From contig JAIPIG010000002.1 in NCBI GenBank assembly GCA_021734805.1, positions 5,975-69,974 on the forward strand: a stretch of 64,000 bases of DNA. Direction: 5' to 3'. This DNA comes from Simkaniaceae bacterium. GTDB lineage: Bacteria; Chlamydiota; Chlamydiia; Chlamydiales; JACRBE01. Shown here piece after piece: positions 1-10,276 of this stretch. The notes under the pieces were generated by a model. The model was not told the origin of the DNA, did no database searches, and saw nothing but the letters and a program-made list of their open reading frames with translations. The number at the start of each line of letters is the position of its first letter. Position 1 is the stretch's first letter. The position numbers and the translations under genes are program-made.

Positions 1-1577
1 GGCTGTTGAGAGTTGGTAAACTAGAGGAGAGTCCTTTGCCTCATCAAACAGTTTTTGCAGATCAAAAGGCGTCGGTTCAGAGGGGAGTTTAAAGCCGAGA
101 ATCTGGGCAAGGTGATGGAAGTCTTTAAATTGCTCTAGAGAAGGGGCTTCATGAATCCGGAAAATTGAAGGGACTTTGCGCATCTTCAAATGAGTGGCAA
201 CGAGTTCATTTGCCTTGAGCATGCACTCTTCAACCATTTGGTGGGTAATATCGTATTCCACTCGGTGAAAACCGGTCGGCTTTCCGGCAGCATTGATGTC
301 GAGCCTGATTTCAGGCATGCTTAAATCGACACTTCCGCGAAGACGTCTTAGTCCCTTGAACTTTAGACAAAGTTCAAGAAGGAGATTTAATTCGGGAAGA
401 AGAGGATGTTTAATTTTGCCGTCCAAAACTTCTTTCGCTTCTTCATAAGTAAAGCGTTTACGGCTTTTGATGGCAGATCGAATGATTTCATAACTTTTTA
501 AGGAGCCATCCGGTTGAACATCCATAATGACTGAGACAGTGAATCGGATAACGTTTTCTTTTAGGCTGCATAACTCATTGGAGATCTCTTCGGGAAGCAT
601 AGGAAGGCACGTTCCCGGGAAATAGGTCGAATTACCTCTATGATAGGCTTCATCATCGAGGTTTGATCCGGGCGTGACGTAATGCGAGACATCGGCAATA
701 TGGACAGCTAATCGGTAATTCCCTTTGGAATCTTTTTCAATTGAAAGGGCATCGTCAAAATCCTTTGCCGTTGCGGGATCGATAGTGAAGCTGACCCAAT
801 CCGTTAAATCTTTGCGTTGTTGATCCGGGGTAAATTGAGGTGTTATTCCCTTTGCTTTTGCCTCTTTTATGACTGCTTTAGGAAACGTGTCGGGGAGTTG
901 AAAGTCTATTGTTGCGCATTCAACATCTATAGATGGCGTTGTAATGGATCCCATCACTTTTTTTAACTCACCGCGTGTTGGGGATTTTTCATCGCCCCAA
1001 TGTTTGACTTTAACAACAATGCGATCGCCTCGTTTAAGCGTTTGAGGTTTTTTAACGGAAACAATGATTTCCTTTTCGATTCCGAGGGTGGGGGAAAAGG
1101 CATAGTAACTATGATCATCAAATTTGTCTTCAATCACGCACATTAAATTGGCCCTTGCCCTTTCAAGAATACGTGTGATTTTTCCTTCAGGCCCTTTAGA
1201 ACTCACTTTAGGATCAACAGCGACTTCAACAATATCTTTGTCGACAGCTCCATGTGTGAAAGGCTTTGGAATAAAGATGTCTCTCTCTTCTCCTTCAACT
1301 GAAACAAAAGCAAAGCCTCTCGGATGAACAGAGACTTTCCCTTCAACGAGCTGAGCAGGAGAGTTAGATTCGCTGAGGTGAAATAGTCCTTTTTTGAAGA
1401 CAATATGCTGCTCGGCAATGAGTTGATCAAGGGCTTCATGCGCGAAGGGATGATCTTTTTTTGAGAGTTTTAAGCGTTTAGAGAGCTGATCAAAGGAAAG
1501 AGGAGAGTAGTTCTTATCTTGGATGATCTTTAAAATTTCCCTATAAAGGGACTTGAATGATTTTTTTTTGAATTTCA
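1..1577 (-). CDS. rnr: Ribonuclease R (RNase II/R family, VacB-like), N-terminal ~525 codons; the 3' end runs off the window
   Basis: Not in the ORF track because no stop codon lies in the window. My own minus-strand translation from ATG 1577..1575 gives MKFKKKSFKSLYREILKII...GKVSVHPRGFAFV (OB/cold-shock-like N-domain). RNB-domain motifs follow: DPATAKDFDDALS, LAVHIADVSHYV, RGNSTYFPGTCLPMLPEEISNELCSL. The frame stays open to position 1. Confidence 0.85.
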
Positions 1578-1616
1578 TGTGGTAGTTATTATATCTATAT
1601 TAGTATTTAAATGCGA

Positions 1617-2615
1617 TCATGTGCTGTCTGAAGATTTTTTGCAAAGGCTATGAGGCTTTTTTTCTATTGAGTGCCACATCACCCAAAATTCAATATCGGG
1701 ATCAATTGATTTGATGTATTTGATCCAAGCATTGAGCTCTTCGGGTTCGTCATAGAGCATTGCAATCGTTGCTAGGCCATCAGCTAAAGCACAGGTGGCG
1801 GCTTTAACTGCAACAGATGCAATTGAAGAGGGGGTGATTTGTTTTGGTTTCAGCGTATTGCCATTAATGATGTGTGTGACTTCTTCTCCATTGATATTCC
1901 AATGTTGTAGATAATCGCCACTTGTTGCAATGGCGCTATTAGACAAACAAATCGTTGCTATCGCATCTTCTAGATAGGGAGAGAGGGGGTTGCGAATAGA
2001 AATCCTCCAAGGAGAGCCGTCGCATTTGGTGCCAAGTGCTTTGATTTCCCCGCCCCATTCAACATAAATATTGGGGTAGCCCGCTTGGACAAAGCGATCG
2101 GCAATGAGATCAATCGCATAGCCTTTTGAAATGGCATCGAAATCGAGCTCAACGTGGTCTTGAGATTTTGTCAGGATACTTCCTCGCAACTCAATATGTC
2201 TCCATCCTATAGTCGTCACAGGGAATGGGGTTTGATTCTTAAGTGATTGAATCAAAGGGCGCAGTGTAGGGTCAAATAGCCCTTTGCTCAAAAAATGAAG
2301 TTCATTCGATAGAGAGCATAGATTTTTGATGTCTTTAGAGATCAATAGGGCTTCATATGATTTCAGCTGATTGATGCGTGAGAGTTCTGAATCCGGATTC
2401 CAATGATTAAAAGTGGTGTTCACGTGGTTAAAAATATCGGCAATGAGTTGCTCAATGATTACGCTATCCTTATGCGAGAGGGAGTGTGCAATTTGGATGT
2501 GGTAGGGCATCGTCATTGCTTCCCCTCGGAAATGGTGTAGAGAGGTGGACTCTTTTTTTGAGCAGGCTGTTGCGAGGAGTGTTAAGAGGCCTATAAGAAA
2601 GATCGAGCATCTCAT
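1617..2615 (-). CDS. apbE: ApbE-family FAD:protein FMN transferase lipoprotein
   Basis: 332-aa ORF with a lipoprotein-type signal (LLTLLATAC). ApbE-like regions are present: AISKGYAIDLIADRF, VEWGGEI, ATSGDY. 4-nt overlap with folD upstream suggests an operon. Confidence 0.82.
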   Translation of the reverse strand: MRCSIFLIGLLTLLATACSKKESTSLHHFRGEAMTMPYHIQIAHSLSHKDSVIIEQLIADIFNHVNTTFNHWNPDSELSRINQLKSYEALLISKDIKNLCSLSNELHFLSKGLFDPTLRPLIQSLKNQTPFPVTTIGWRHIELRGSILTKSQDHVELDFDAISKGYAIDLIADRFVQAGYPNIYVEWGGEIKALGTKCDGSPWRISIRNPLSPYLEDAIATICLSNSAIATSGDYLQHWNINGEEVTHIINGNTLKPKQITPSSIASVAVKAATCALADGLATIAMLYDEPEELNAWIKYIKSIDPDIEFWVMWHSIEKKPHSLCKKSSDST

Positions 2616-3478
2616 GATAAAAGGCGCATTTTAAAACTTTTGATTGTGTTGTGAAGTAACATCGCAATCGTCATTGGGCCAATGCCACCCGGAACAGGGG
2701 TGATATAGGAAGTTTTTTGAGAAACGCTATCGAAGTCAACATCGCCAACAATTTTTGATTGATGATTCATGTGGATGCGATTGATCCCAACATCGACTAC
2801 AACGGCCCCTTCTTTCACATAATCGGGTTTGATGAGGTGTGGGGCTCCGATGGCTGCGATGAGAATATCTGCACTTGAGCAGATTTGTTGTATATTTTGG
2901 GTTTGACTATGAACAACAGTCACGGTTGCATTACACCCCTTTTTCTTTTGTATCAAAAGTGAGGCTAAAGGCTTCCCTACAATATTGCTTCTGCCGGCAA
3001 TAACAACGTGTTTTGATTCGGCATCAATGCGATAATGCTCGAGGAGTTTTAAAATGCCAAGCGGTGTGCAAGGAACAAATCCTGAAGGATCACCAATCAT
3101 CAGCTTACCAAGATTCAAGGGGTGAAAACCATCGACATCCTTTTGAGGATCGATACAAGCGACGATTTTAAGCGCTTCGAGGTGCTGAGGAAAAGGTTGT
3201 TGAATTAAAATGCCGTCAATCGACGGATCCATATTGAGCGCTTTAATCTGTTCAATTAGATCTTTTTCTGAAATATTTTGATCAAGCTGAAGCGTTTTTG
3301 AGGTAATACCTACTTCGTGGCATGCCTTTTCTTTCATAGAGACATAACTATGCGATGCGGGATGAGAGCCAATCAATATAAAGGCCAAACCGGGAGATCT
3401 CCCACCGATTTGATTTAGCTCATTTTTCATTTCGGCCCTAAGCTGAGCTGCAAAAGCCTTTCCATCTAGAATATGCAT
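2612..3478 (-). CDS. folD: Bifunctional methylenetetrahydrofolate dehydrogenase/cyclohydrolase
   Basis: 288 aa. Starts MHILDGKAFAAQLRAEMK. Contains FolD motifs GRSNIVGKPLASLL and PGGIGPMTIAMLL. Confidence 0.92.
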   Translation of the reverse strand: MHILDGKAFAAQLRAEMKNELNQIGGRSPGLAFILIGSHPASHSYVSMKEKACHEVGITSKTLQLDQNISEKDLIEQIKALNMDPSIDGILIQQPFPQHLEALKIVACIDPQKDVDGFHPLNLGKLMIGDPSGFVPCTPLGILKLLEHYRIDAESKHVVIAGRSNIVGKPLASLLIQKKKGCNATVTVVHSQTQNIQQICSSADILIAAIGAPHLIKPDYVKEGAVVVDVGINRIHMNHQSKIVGDVDFDSVSQKTSYITPVPGGIGPMTIAMLLHNTIKSFKMRLLS

Positions 3479-3614
3479 AAACTAACAGTCCAATTAACCA
3501 ATAGGCTAAAGGTAGGGGGTTCCAGCGCTTTTACGCAACAAGTCCGATCTTGCACGAAGCTGAGACTATTCTATGAAAGCCAAATATTTAAAACAAGCGG
3601 CACCCAAATTCGAG

Positions 3615-4415
3615 TTAATGGATGACGGCTAAGTGATCGAGGAGGCTTGTGTGGAGGGAGCCGTTGCTGGCTGCAATCGAGCAGCGTTTTGTATAGGTAA
3701 GGGGGGTGCCGTCAATTTCTGTGGTTTTTCCTCCGGCTTCTTCTAAAATAAGTGCTCCGGCTGCGTAATCCCAAGGATTTAAAATCACTTCCCAAAATCC
3801 GTCATAGCGTCCATTTGCAACATAGCAAATATCAAGGGCAGCCGATCCCATGCGGCGAATTGGAACACCTAGGCTTAAGATGTGTGTTAGGTGTTCATAG
3901 CAATGAAAGGGGTTTTCCTCCACGTTATAAGGGAAACCGGTAGCAAACATGGCTTTTTTTATGTTGTCGGCAGGGCTAACGCTTATTTGATGGTCCCCAA
4001 AAAAGGCACCACCTTCTCGGGAAGCGTAGAAAAGTTCATCAATTTCCGGGTTATAGACAACGCCACAGAGCGGGGTTTGATTAAAAATCGCGGCGATACT
4101 CACTGAGAAAAAGGGGATGTTTCGAGAAAAATTGACTGTTCCGTCAAGAGGATCAATGACCCATAGCACCTTATCTTTTCCTAAAATATCGCCTCCACTC
4201 TCTTCTGAAACACAGAGGTGCTCGGGATGTTTTTTTGCAATTGCATCGAGTAAAAACCGTTCGGATTTGTAGTCATATTCCGTCACAATGTCGTGTTTAC
4301 CATCTTTGGCTTCGATGGCAAATGTTGTTCCAAATCCCTCTCTTAGAATTTTTCCGGCATCCAGGGCGAGCTCAACGGCGAAGTCTCTGAGTTGGTCGGG
4401 GTAAATATCCTTCAT
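3615..4415 (-). CDS. suhB: Inositol monophosphatase family protein (SuhB-like)
   Basis: 266 aa with IMPase signatures WVIDPLDGTVNF and WDYAAGALILEEAGG. Confidence 0.85.
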   Translation of the reverse strand: MKDIYPDQLRDFAVELALDAGKILREGFGTTFAIEAKDGKHDIVTEYDYKSERFLLDAIAKKHPEHLCVSEESGGDILGKDKVLWVIDPLDGTVNFSRNIPFFSVSIAAIFNQTPLCGVVYNPEIDELFYASREGGAFFGDHQISVSPADNIKKAMFATGFPYNVEENPFHCYEHLTHILSLGVPIRRMGSAALDICYVANGRYDGFWEVILNPWDYAAGALILEEAGGKTTEIDGTPLTYTKRCSIAASNGSLHTSLLDHLAVIH

Positions 4416-4939
4416 CGATAGTTTTTTCTCCTCGAATGGGTTTTATAGGGTAATGTCAAAGGTTGAAAAATACGGTGAAATTGAGAAAAGAAGATCATGC
4501 TCATCATTGCAAAAGAGGCATCTATAAAAGGCGATAATAAGAGCTCAGAAAATAAAGAGGAAAAAAGAGGAGAGGTTTTTTGGCCTAAGATAAAATAAAA
4601 GGCGTAGCTCATCAAAGTAAAGCAGAGGGAAAATAAAAAAGATAAAAAGGCAAACGAAGCCATATGGTCATCGTGAAAATAGGATTGAATCTGTTTAATT
4701 ACAATAGTTGTAAGCACAAAAAGAAGAGCATGCGATCCAATCCATAAGTGAGAAGAAAAAAGGTCGATCATGAGTCCGGAGAGAAAAGCAATCCAAAGAC
4801 AACGGGGTAATGCAAAGGTTTTAATTGACCAACACATAAAAAAAACAAGCGGGAGAACGGAATAGGCGGGGAAAAAAAGAGGTAGGATAAGTTGGGCGAT
4901 TCCGGAATAAGCGCTAACCCACCAAAATTGCTTTGTCAC
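4412..4939 (-). CDS. Polytopic inner-membrane protein, possibly MreD-like
   Basis: 175 aa, about 5 predicted hydrophobic helices. The segment LSGLMIDLFSSHLWIGSHALLFVLTTIV resembles the MreD G-x-x-x-D...G-x-H-A-L core. No mreB or mreC lies nearby, so the function is tentative. Confidence 0.45.
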   Translation of the reverse strand: MTKQFWWVSAYSGIAQLILPLFFPAYSVLPLVFFMCWSIKTFALPRCLWIAFLSGLMIDLFSSHLWIGSHALLFVLTTIVIKQIQSYFHDDHMASFAFLSFLFSLCFTLMSYAFYFILGQKTSPLFSSLFSELLLSPFIDASFAMMSMIFFSQFHRIFQPLTLPYKTHSRRKNYR

Positions 4940-4940
4940 G

Positions 4941-5654
4941 CTAATAGGCTCCTTTAGGGTGGATCATGAGGGGGATTGTTTTTATAATCAACCATAAGTC
5001 GAGCAAAAAGCTTCTTTTTTCTATATATTCCATATCGAGTTTTGCGCGTTGACTCAATGTCAAATGATTGCGCCCCGATGTTTGCCATAGTCCCGTAATC
5101 CCCGGCTTAATGGACAGAATTTTGTCAGCGTCATTCCCAAGATAGCGTTTTATCTCTTCAATAACGCTCATATTCGGTAGGGAAACGGCCATGGGCCTTG
5201 GGCCTACAATGCTCATATCCCCTTTTAAGACATTCAAAAACTGTGGAATTTCATCCAGAGATGTTTTTCTCAAGAATGCTCCTATAAAAGTGATGCGCGG
5301 ATCATCTTTGAGTTTATAGAAATTCTCCCATTCAGCCCGTTTTTCAGGAGAGTGTTCTAAAATCAACGCGAGTTTTTCATCGGCATCGGTATACATCGTT
5401 CTAAATTTCAGACATCTAAAAACCTCAAAATCTTTTTTTACCCGCATGCTTTTATATAAAATAGGGCCCGGCGAGGTCAGTTTAATGCCTATGGCGATGA
5501 GAAAAAAAAGAGGAGAGCCAACGATGATCACGATAAGGCTGAAGAAAATGTCAAAAAGCCGTTTAGCTATGAAATAAAAAAAGCGCTCTATATGCATATT
5601 ATACTGAAATGAGTTGAAGAAATAGAGTATGGAACAAAATAACCATTTCTTCAA
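4941..5654 (-). CDS. Small phosphoglycosyl (bacterial sugar) transferase, WbaP/PglC C-terminal-domain type
   Basis: 237 aa. Contains FKRLFDIFFSLIVIIVGSPLFFLIAIGIKLTSPGPILYKSMRVKKDFEVFRCLKFRTM and GDMSIVGPRP, typical of the bacterial sugar transferase family. The true start may be the internal Met (MHIERFF). Confidence 0.85.
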   Translation of the reverse strand: MKKWLFCSILYFFNSFQYNMHIERFFYFIAKRLFDIFFSLIVIIVGSPLFFLIAIGIKLTSPGPILYKSMRVKKDFEVFRCLKFRTMYTDADEKLALILEHSPEKRAEWENFYKLKDDPRITFIGAFLRKTSLDEIPQFLNVLKGDMSIVGPRPMAVSLPNMSVIEEIKRYLGNDADKILSIKPGITGLWQTSGRNHLTLSQRAKLDMEYIEKRSFLLDLWLIIKTIPLMIHPKGAY

Positions 5655-5792
5655 ATCATTCTTTTTTATACATAGGTGGTTTATAACGCTAGTGATTCAA
5701 GAGTTGTTTCTTGAAAATAATAATATAATAACAAAAGTTTTAATAATTGAATTATAGTTTAGTTTTATTTATAATGTTGTCATTTAATTATA

Positions 5793-6497
5793 GTGGCAAT
5801 CGTTATGAATAAAGATGTAAAGTATTTATTTGAAGTCGATGCGCTTTCCTTTTCTTATCGATTGGGTAAATGCCTCGTTCCGGCTTTGAAAAACATCTCT
5901 TTAAAGATCAAAAGAGGTGAGCTGATTACGCTGTGCGGTCCTTCCGGATCCGGAAAGTCTACTCTATTGAGTATCATGGGTTTAATAGAGCCTCTGCAGA
6001 AGGGGGAAGTTACTTTTAATCAAAAAGAATTTTCTAAGCTCTCATCTAAAGAAAGAAATAAGATTCGCCGCTATCACATCGGATTTATTTTTCAGCAATT
6101 CCATCTTATCCCCGTATTAAGTGTAGAGGAAAATGTTGCGTATTTCCTTAAAACTCAAGGTCTTAATAAGTTGGTGATTGAAAAGAGGGTGAGGGAGACG
6201 CTCACGGCGGTTGGGCTATGGGATCATCGAAAAAAACGTCCCAATCAACTCAGTGGAGGGCAACGGCAGCGGGTAGCCATTGCAAGAGCCCTTGCAAAAG
6301 AGCCTGAGGTGATTGTCGGGGATGAGCCAACTGCGAATTTAGATCAAAAGACAGGTCGGGAAATTATGGAAATCTTCGCTCAATTGGTGAAGGAAAAGGG
6401 GATTACGGTCATTTTAGCGACACATGATGAAATGGTCAAATCGTATGCTTCGCAAAACTTTGTAATTCTCGATGGAAAACTAATAGGTGACAAATGA
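5793..6497 (+). CDS. ABC transporter ATP-binding protein (MacB/LolD/FtsE-like)
   Basis: Walker A GPSGSGKST, signature [15 protein letters not shown], Walker B VIVGDEPT. GTG start at 5793, with an alternative ATG at 5805. 4-nt overlap with the permease gene. Confidence 0.9.
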   Translation: MAIVMNKDVKYLFEVDALSFSYRLGKCLVPALKNISLKIKRGELITLCGPSGSGKSTLLSIMGLIEPLQKGEVTFNQKEFSKLSSKERNKIRRYHIGFIFQQFHLIPVLSVEENVAYFLKTQGLNKLVIEKRVRETLTAVGLWDHRKKRPNQLSGGQRQRVAIARALAKEPEVIVGDEPTANLDQKTGREIMEIFAQLVKEKGITVILATHDEMVKSYASQNFVILDGKLIGDK

Positions 6498-7696
6498 GTC
6501 TTATCATAGCGTTTCGCAATCTATTTCGTAATTTAAGAAGAACTTTTGCCATCCTGATGACGATTGCACTCGGGGCGGGTGCATTATTTGCCTTCCAAGG
6601 ATTTATCGAAGGCGTTTTAAGCGACTACAAAGAATCGACAATCCACTCCCATTATGGGCATGGGCAAATCAATACTCAAAATTATCGGGATAAAGTTTAT
6701 GCAGAGCCTTGGCTGTATTGGATCAAATCCCCTCAAGAAGTCGAGAGTTTTTTACAAAAACAAGAGGCGGTTGATCACATTTTTCCTCGGGTCAGTTTTT
6801 CAGCGCTATTAAAAAATGGAAAAAAGACGATCAATGGAATGGGGCAGGGAATTGTAGCTCAAAGTGAGGATCGGTTTTTTGATAGCTTAAATATTGAGTC
6901 GGGAGAATCGCTGACCACACAAGAAAATGGGATTTTACTTGGCAAAGGTCTCGCTGAAGCATTGGGAGCTAAGCCGGGGGACAAAATCACTCTTTATACG
7001 CAAAATGTTAAAGATGGATATTCAAAAGACGCTTTTATTGTAACGGGGATTTTCCATACGGGTATTGTTGATTTTGATGGGCGTATCTTTCGCATTCAGC
7101 TCAACAAAGCACAAAAGTTATTAAGGACAGATGGTATTGAGAGCATATCAGTCGGTCTTGCCGATGAGTCAAAATGGAAGCATCTTGTTGAGGCTCTCAA
7201 AAATCAGTTTCCACAGCTCGAGGCGACATATTTTGATGAACTCGATAAAGTTTATTATAAAAATTCGGTTGACTGGCTCAATGCGCAATACAGTATTGTT
7301 CAGGGAATTATTTTATCCATTGTCTTGCTGGGAATTTTTAATTCGATTTCCACTTCAATTTTAGAGCGCCGACAAGAGGTCGGTAATTTAAGAGCCAATG
7401 GTGAATCCAAGTGGAGCGTTATCCGGCTCGTTATTCTGGAGGGGGGGCTCTTAGGGTTAGGAGGGGCGGTCATTGGAATATCCCTTGTCTATCTCTTTTT
7501 CTCCTATTGTCTTGGGGATGGAATCACCATGCCACCCGGACCGGGAAGCACCAGATCGTTTACGGCAACATTTACATTCACTTGGCAGATGCTTGCATTG
7601 ACAGGATCGTTGAGCATGATCTCAGCAGTCGCTGCCTCAGCATTTGCAGCCGTGCGCGTTGTCAAGATGCCAATTGCTAAAGCGCTTCGCGGCTAA
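6494..7696 (+). CDS. ABC transporter permease, FtsX/MacB-like
   Basis: 400 aa. Layout is an N-terminal TM, a ~220-aa periplasmic domain, then a C-terminal 3-TM FtsX-type bundle (ILERRQEVGNLRANGESKWSVI). Translationally coupled to the ATPase. Confidence 0.85.
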   Translation: MSLIIAFRNLFRNLRRTFAILMTIALGAGALFAFQGFIEGVLSDYKESTIHSHYGHGQINTQNYRDKVYAEPWLYWIKSPQEVESFLQKQEAVDHIFPRVSFSALLKNGKKTINGMGQGIVAQSEDRFFDSLNIESGESLTTQENGILLGKGLAEALGAKPGDKITLYTQNVKDGYSKDAFIVTGIFHTGIVDFDGRIFRIQLNKAQKLLRTDGIESISVGLADESKWKHLVEALKNQFPQLEATYFDELDKVYYKNSVDWLNAQYSIVQGIILSIVLLGIFNSISTSILERRQEVGNLRANGESKWSVIRLVILEGGLLGLGGAVIGISLVYLFFSYCLGDGITMPPGPGSTRSFTATFTFTWQMLALTGSLSMISAVAASAFAAVRVVKMPIAKALRG

Positions 7697-7870
7697 AATA
7701 GAGATCGAGCGCCCTGTTAAAATATTCATTAGCATCTCCTGACAGGTAAAAGACGGTATAACTTCTCCTTAACAAAGGAAAATTCAATTTGCAAATATTT
7801 CTTTTCATTTGTTTTGGGTTGCACTATAGGAAAAAGATGAGGCAAAAATTCTGTTTGTATCGAGTGATTA

Positions 7871-10276
7871 ATGAAGATTCGGACCAAAATCTTCCTCCTT
7901 GTGGGAGGAATTTTCCTATTTTCTTTTTTGGCAACTCAGGTCGTCGAAGAGTTGTTAACGCTCAGGATGGTTCATGAGAGTGAAGCGCAAATCGAAGCGA
8001 AGATCAATGAGCAGAATGAACAAAAGAGACGGGCGGTCGAATCATATACGCGGACTCAGATCAGTGAGTCCAAGGCTCAAGTGGGGGCCTTATTAAATCG
8101 GATCAAGGATCTGGGGTATTGGAAAGATGCCTTTAAACCTTCCGATTTGAATTTAGAAACGAATACGTGGCTCTCTTCAGCAACTCTTTTGATCAATAAT
8201 AAATGGCTCGACTTAATTCAGAATTTGCATCGAGATAAACTATTATCTCTCATTATTTTAGATGAACCTCCTCCTTTTCGGACATTGATGGTTCCGTTGA
8301 TTGATGAGATCAAGATCAGTGTTGTCGATTCTCAAAATGTGGGGGTTAAATTAGAGGGGCCTTTTATCTCGATCCCATTTCCATTCAATGAGTTGACATA
8401 CAATCACAACCCCAAAATCATCTCGCAGATGATTTTATCAAGTCCTCAGCTCGATTTCTATTTGCTCTTCGATCCCGAAGTCATAGCCAATTTAGATCTC
8501 AAGGCATTGCAAGATAACATGAAACAATATCAAGCTGTAGTCAATCAAAAGCAGTTAACAGAGAGAAAATTGAACTTTGATCAGCTCAATGCTTTAGCCG
8601 AATCGATGGGAATTATTTATGAGTCTATGGCAAAAGCTAAATACTTTTTGAATCAGAATTCCGATATTTTGCAATCAATCACAAGAGATAAGAAGGATTG
8701 GTTTGAGCGTAAATTTCAAAGTCTGTCCGATGCCACTCCGATTGAGCCGGATTTAGATCATATTCAAAAACAGATCGAAGATCGCTATGATGAAATTAAT
8801 ATGATTTGGCAAATGCTTGCCTACAATGCAACGGGAATCTATGACTATAATCCTTTAGCAAAGGGGGCTCCAATTGGTCTATGTCATTTCCATAAAGATC
8901 AAAATATCGGAAGGGCCGTCATTACCCCGTCCGTTTTTTATAATGAACCGGTCACCCAGTTGAGCCCACAAATTTATACCGGAATGCAGGATCGGATTTT
9001 CTTAGGGCAAACTGAGGAATTTGAAGCATCGACAATCAGCGGTATCGAGAAAAGCTATTTGACGCTTGGCATTGATGTGCGCACCATTTTACAAGGGCTT
9101 GCCATGGCGACGGAGGATAATGCCTTATTGATTGTGAATAATGATGTTGTCAAAGCGTATGATGTTCAGGGTGATGAGTTTCCTTATGTTAAGGGAACTT
9201 ATCCCGTAGAGCAAATTCAATCTGCCCCCATGGGAACTTTTACCGATACCAAGGGGAGACAATACTATTATATTTCGATCCATCCAATGGAAAATGAAGC
9301 AGTTGAAGTTGTCCTCTTTAATGATAAGGAAAAGGTCTTTTCGCTTCTCAATATTGCAACAAATTCTGCACAGAGCTTTAATCGCCGCTTGTCAATTCAA
9401 ATGACTGTGATAGGTCTTGTGACCTTTGTTATCGTTTTTTTGATGATCAATATATTAGCTAAACGGATGACAAAACCAATTGTCATTCTTGCAGAATCGA
9501 GTCGTCGTGTGAAAGAAGGAGCTCTTGACAAGGTTAATTTGCCACAGCAAGAGGGTGAGTCCAAGGATGAAATTTCTGATTTATATGCTTCGTTTTCTGA
9601 GATGATTAAGGGATTAAAAGAAAAAGAGCGCGTCATGGGGGTACTAAATAAAGTGGTTTCTCCTCAAATTGCAGAAAAAATTCTTGGGGGTAACATTGAA
9701 TTGGGCGGTGAAGAAAAGATTGTGACGGTTCTTTTTGCCGATATTCGCCATTTTACGGAATTAACACAAAATATTGCCCCATCGACTTTGATCAAGTTAT
9801 TAAACCATTATATGACAATCCTATCTGAAGTTGTCGATGAATATGAAGGTGTGATTGATAAATACGTTGGTGATGAGGTGATGGCATTATTTGGTGCGCC
9901 TCTATCGTCAGAAGAGAGCGCCTATAGAGCGGTTGAATGTGCTATTGAAATGCTCTCCCGGGTGCAAAAATACAATGATGAGCATAGGCAAGGGGAATCG
10001 GTCGTTTTTGATATTGGAATTGGGATTCATACGGGAAATGTCGTTGCCGGAAATATGGGTGCGGAAAATCGGATGAATTATACGGTGCTGGGAGCTAATG
10101 TCAATTTAGCGGCAAGGCTTTGTTCGGCAGCCGATTCAATGCAGATTCTCATCTCTAAAGAGACTTTAGAGTCGTTTCACGTCAAAGAAAACATTGTCTA
10201 TGAAGAGCTAAGCGCGATTACATTGAAGGGTTTTTCTCAGCCCATTGCTGTCTTTCAGGTGAAGTCAGTGCGTTGA
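7871..10276 (+). CDS. Membrane-bound class III adenylate/guanylate cyclase with a large periplasmic sensor domain and HAMP linker
   Basis: 801 aa. TM1 is near residues 7-27 and TM2 near residue 510 (MTVIGLVTFVIVFLMINILA). A HAMP-like segment follows (KPIVILAESSRRVKEGALD...ISDLYASFSEMIKGLKEKE). Cyclase homology domain motifs: VTVLFADIRHFTELTQ, YVGDEVMALFGAP, GIGIHTGNVVAGNMG, YTVLGANVNLAARL. Confidence 0.85.
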   Translation: MKIRTKIFLLVGGIFLFSFLATQVVEELLTLRMVHESEAQIEAKINEQNEQKRRAVESYTRTQISESKAQVGALLNRIKDLGYWKDAFKPSDLNLETNTWLSSATLLINNKWLDLIQNLHRDKLLSLIILDEPPPFRTLMVPLIDEIKISVVDSQNVGVKLEGPFISIPFPFNELTYNHNPKIISQMILSSPQLDFYLLFDPEVIANLDLKALQDNMKQYQAVVNQKQLTERKLNFDQLNALAESMGIIYESMAKAKYFLNQNSDILQSITRDKKDWFERKFQSLSDATPIEPDLDHIQKQIEDRYDEINMIWQMLAYNATGIYDYNPLAKGAPIGLCHFHKDQNIGRAVITPSVFYNEPVTQLSPQIYTGMQDRIFLGQTEEFEASTISGIEKSYLTLGIDVRTILQGLAMATEDNALLIVNNDVVKAYDVQGDEFPYVKGTYPVEQIQSAPMGTFTDTKGRQYYYISIHPMENEAVEVVLFNDKEKVFSLLNIATNSAQSFNRRLSIQMTVIGLVTFVIVFLMINILAKRMTKPIVILAESSRRVKEGALDKVNLPQQEGESKDEISDLYASFSEMIKGLKEKERVMGVLNKVVSPQIAEKILGGNIELGGEEKIVTVLFADIRHFTELTQNIAPSTLIKLLNHYMTILSEVVDEYEGVIDKYVGDEVMALFGAPLSSEESAYRAVECAIEMLSRVQKYNDEHRQGESVVFDIGIGIHTGNVVAGNMGAENRMNYTVLGANVNLAARLCSAADSMQILISKETLESFHVKENIVYEELSAITLKGFSQPIAVFQVKSVR

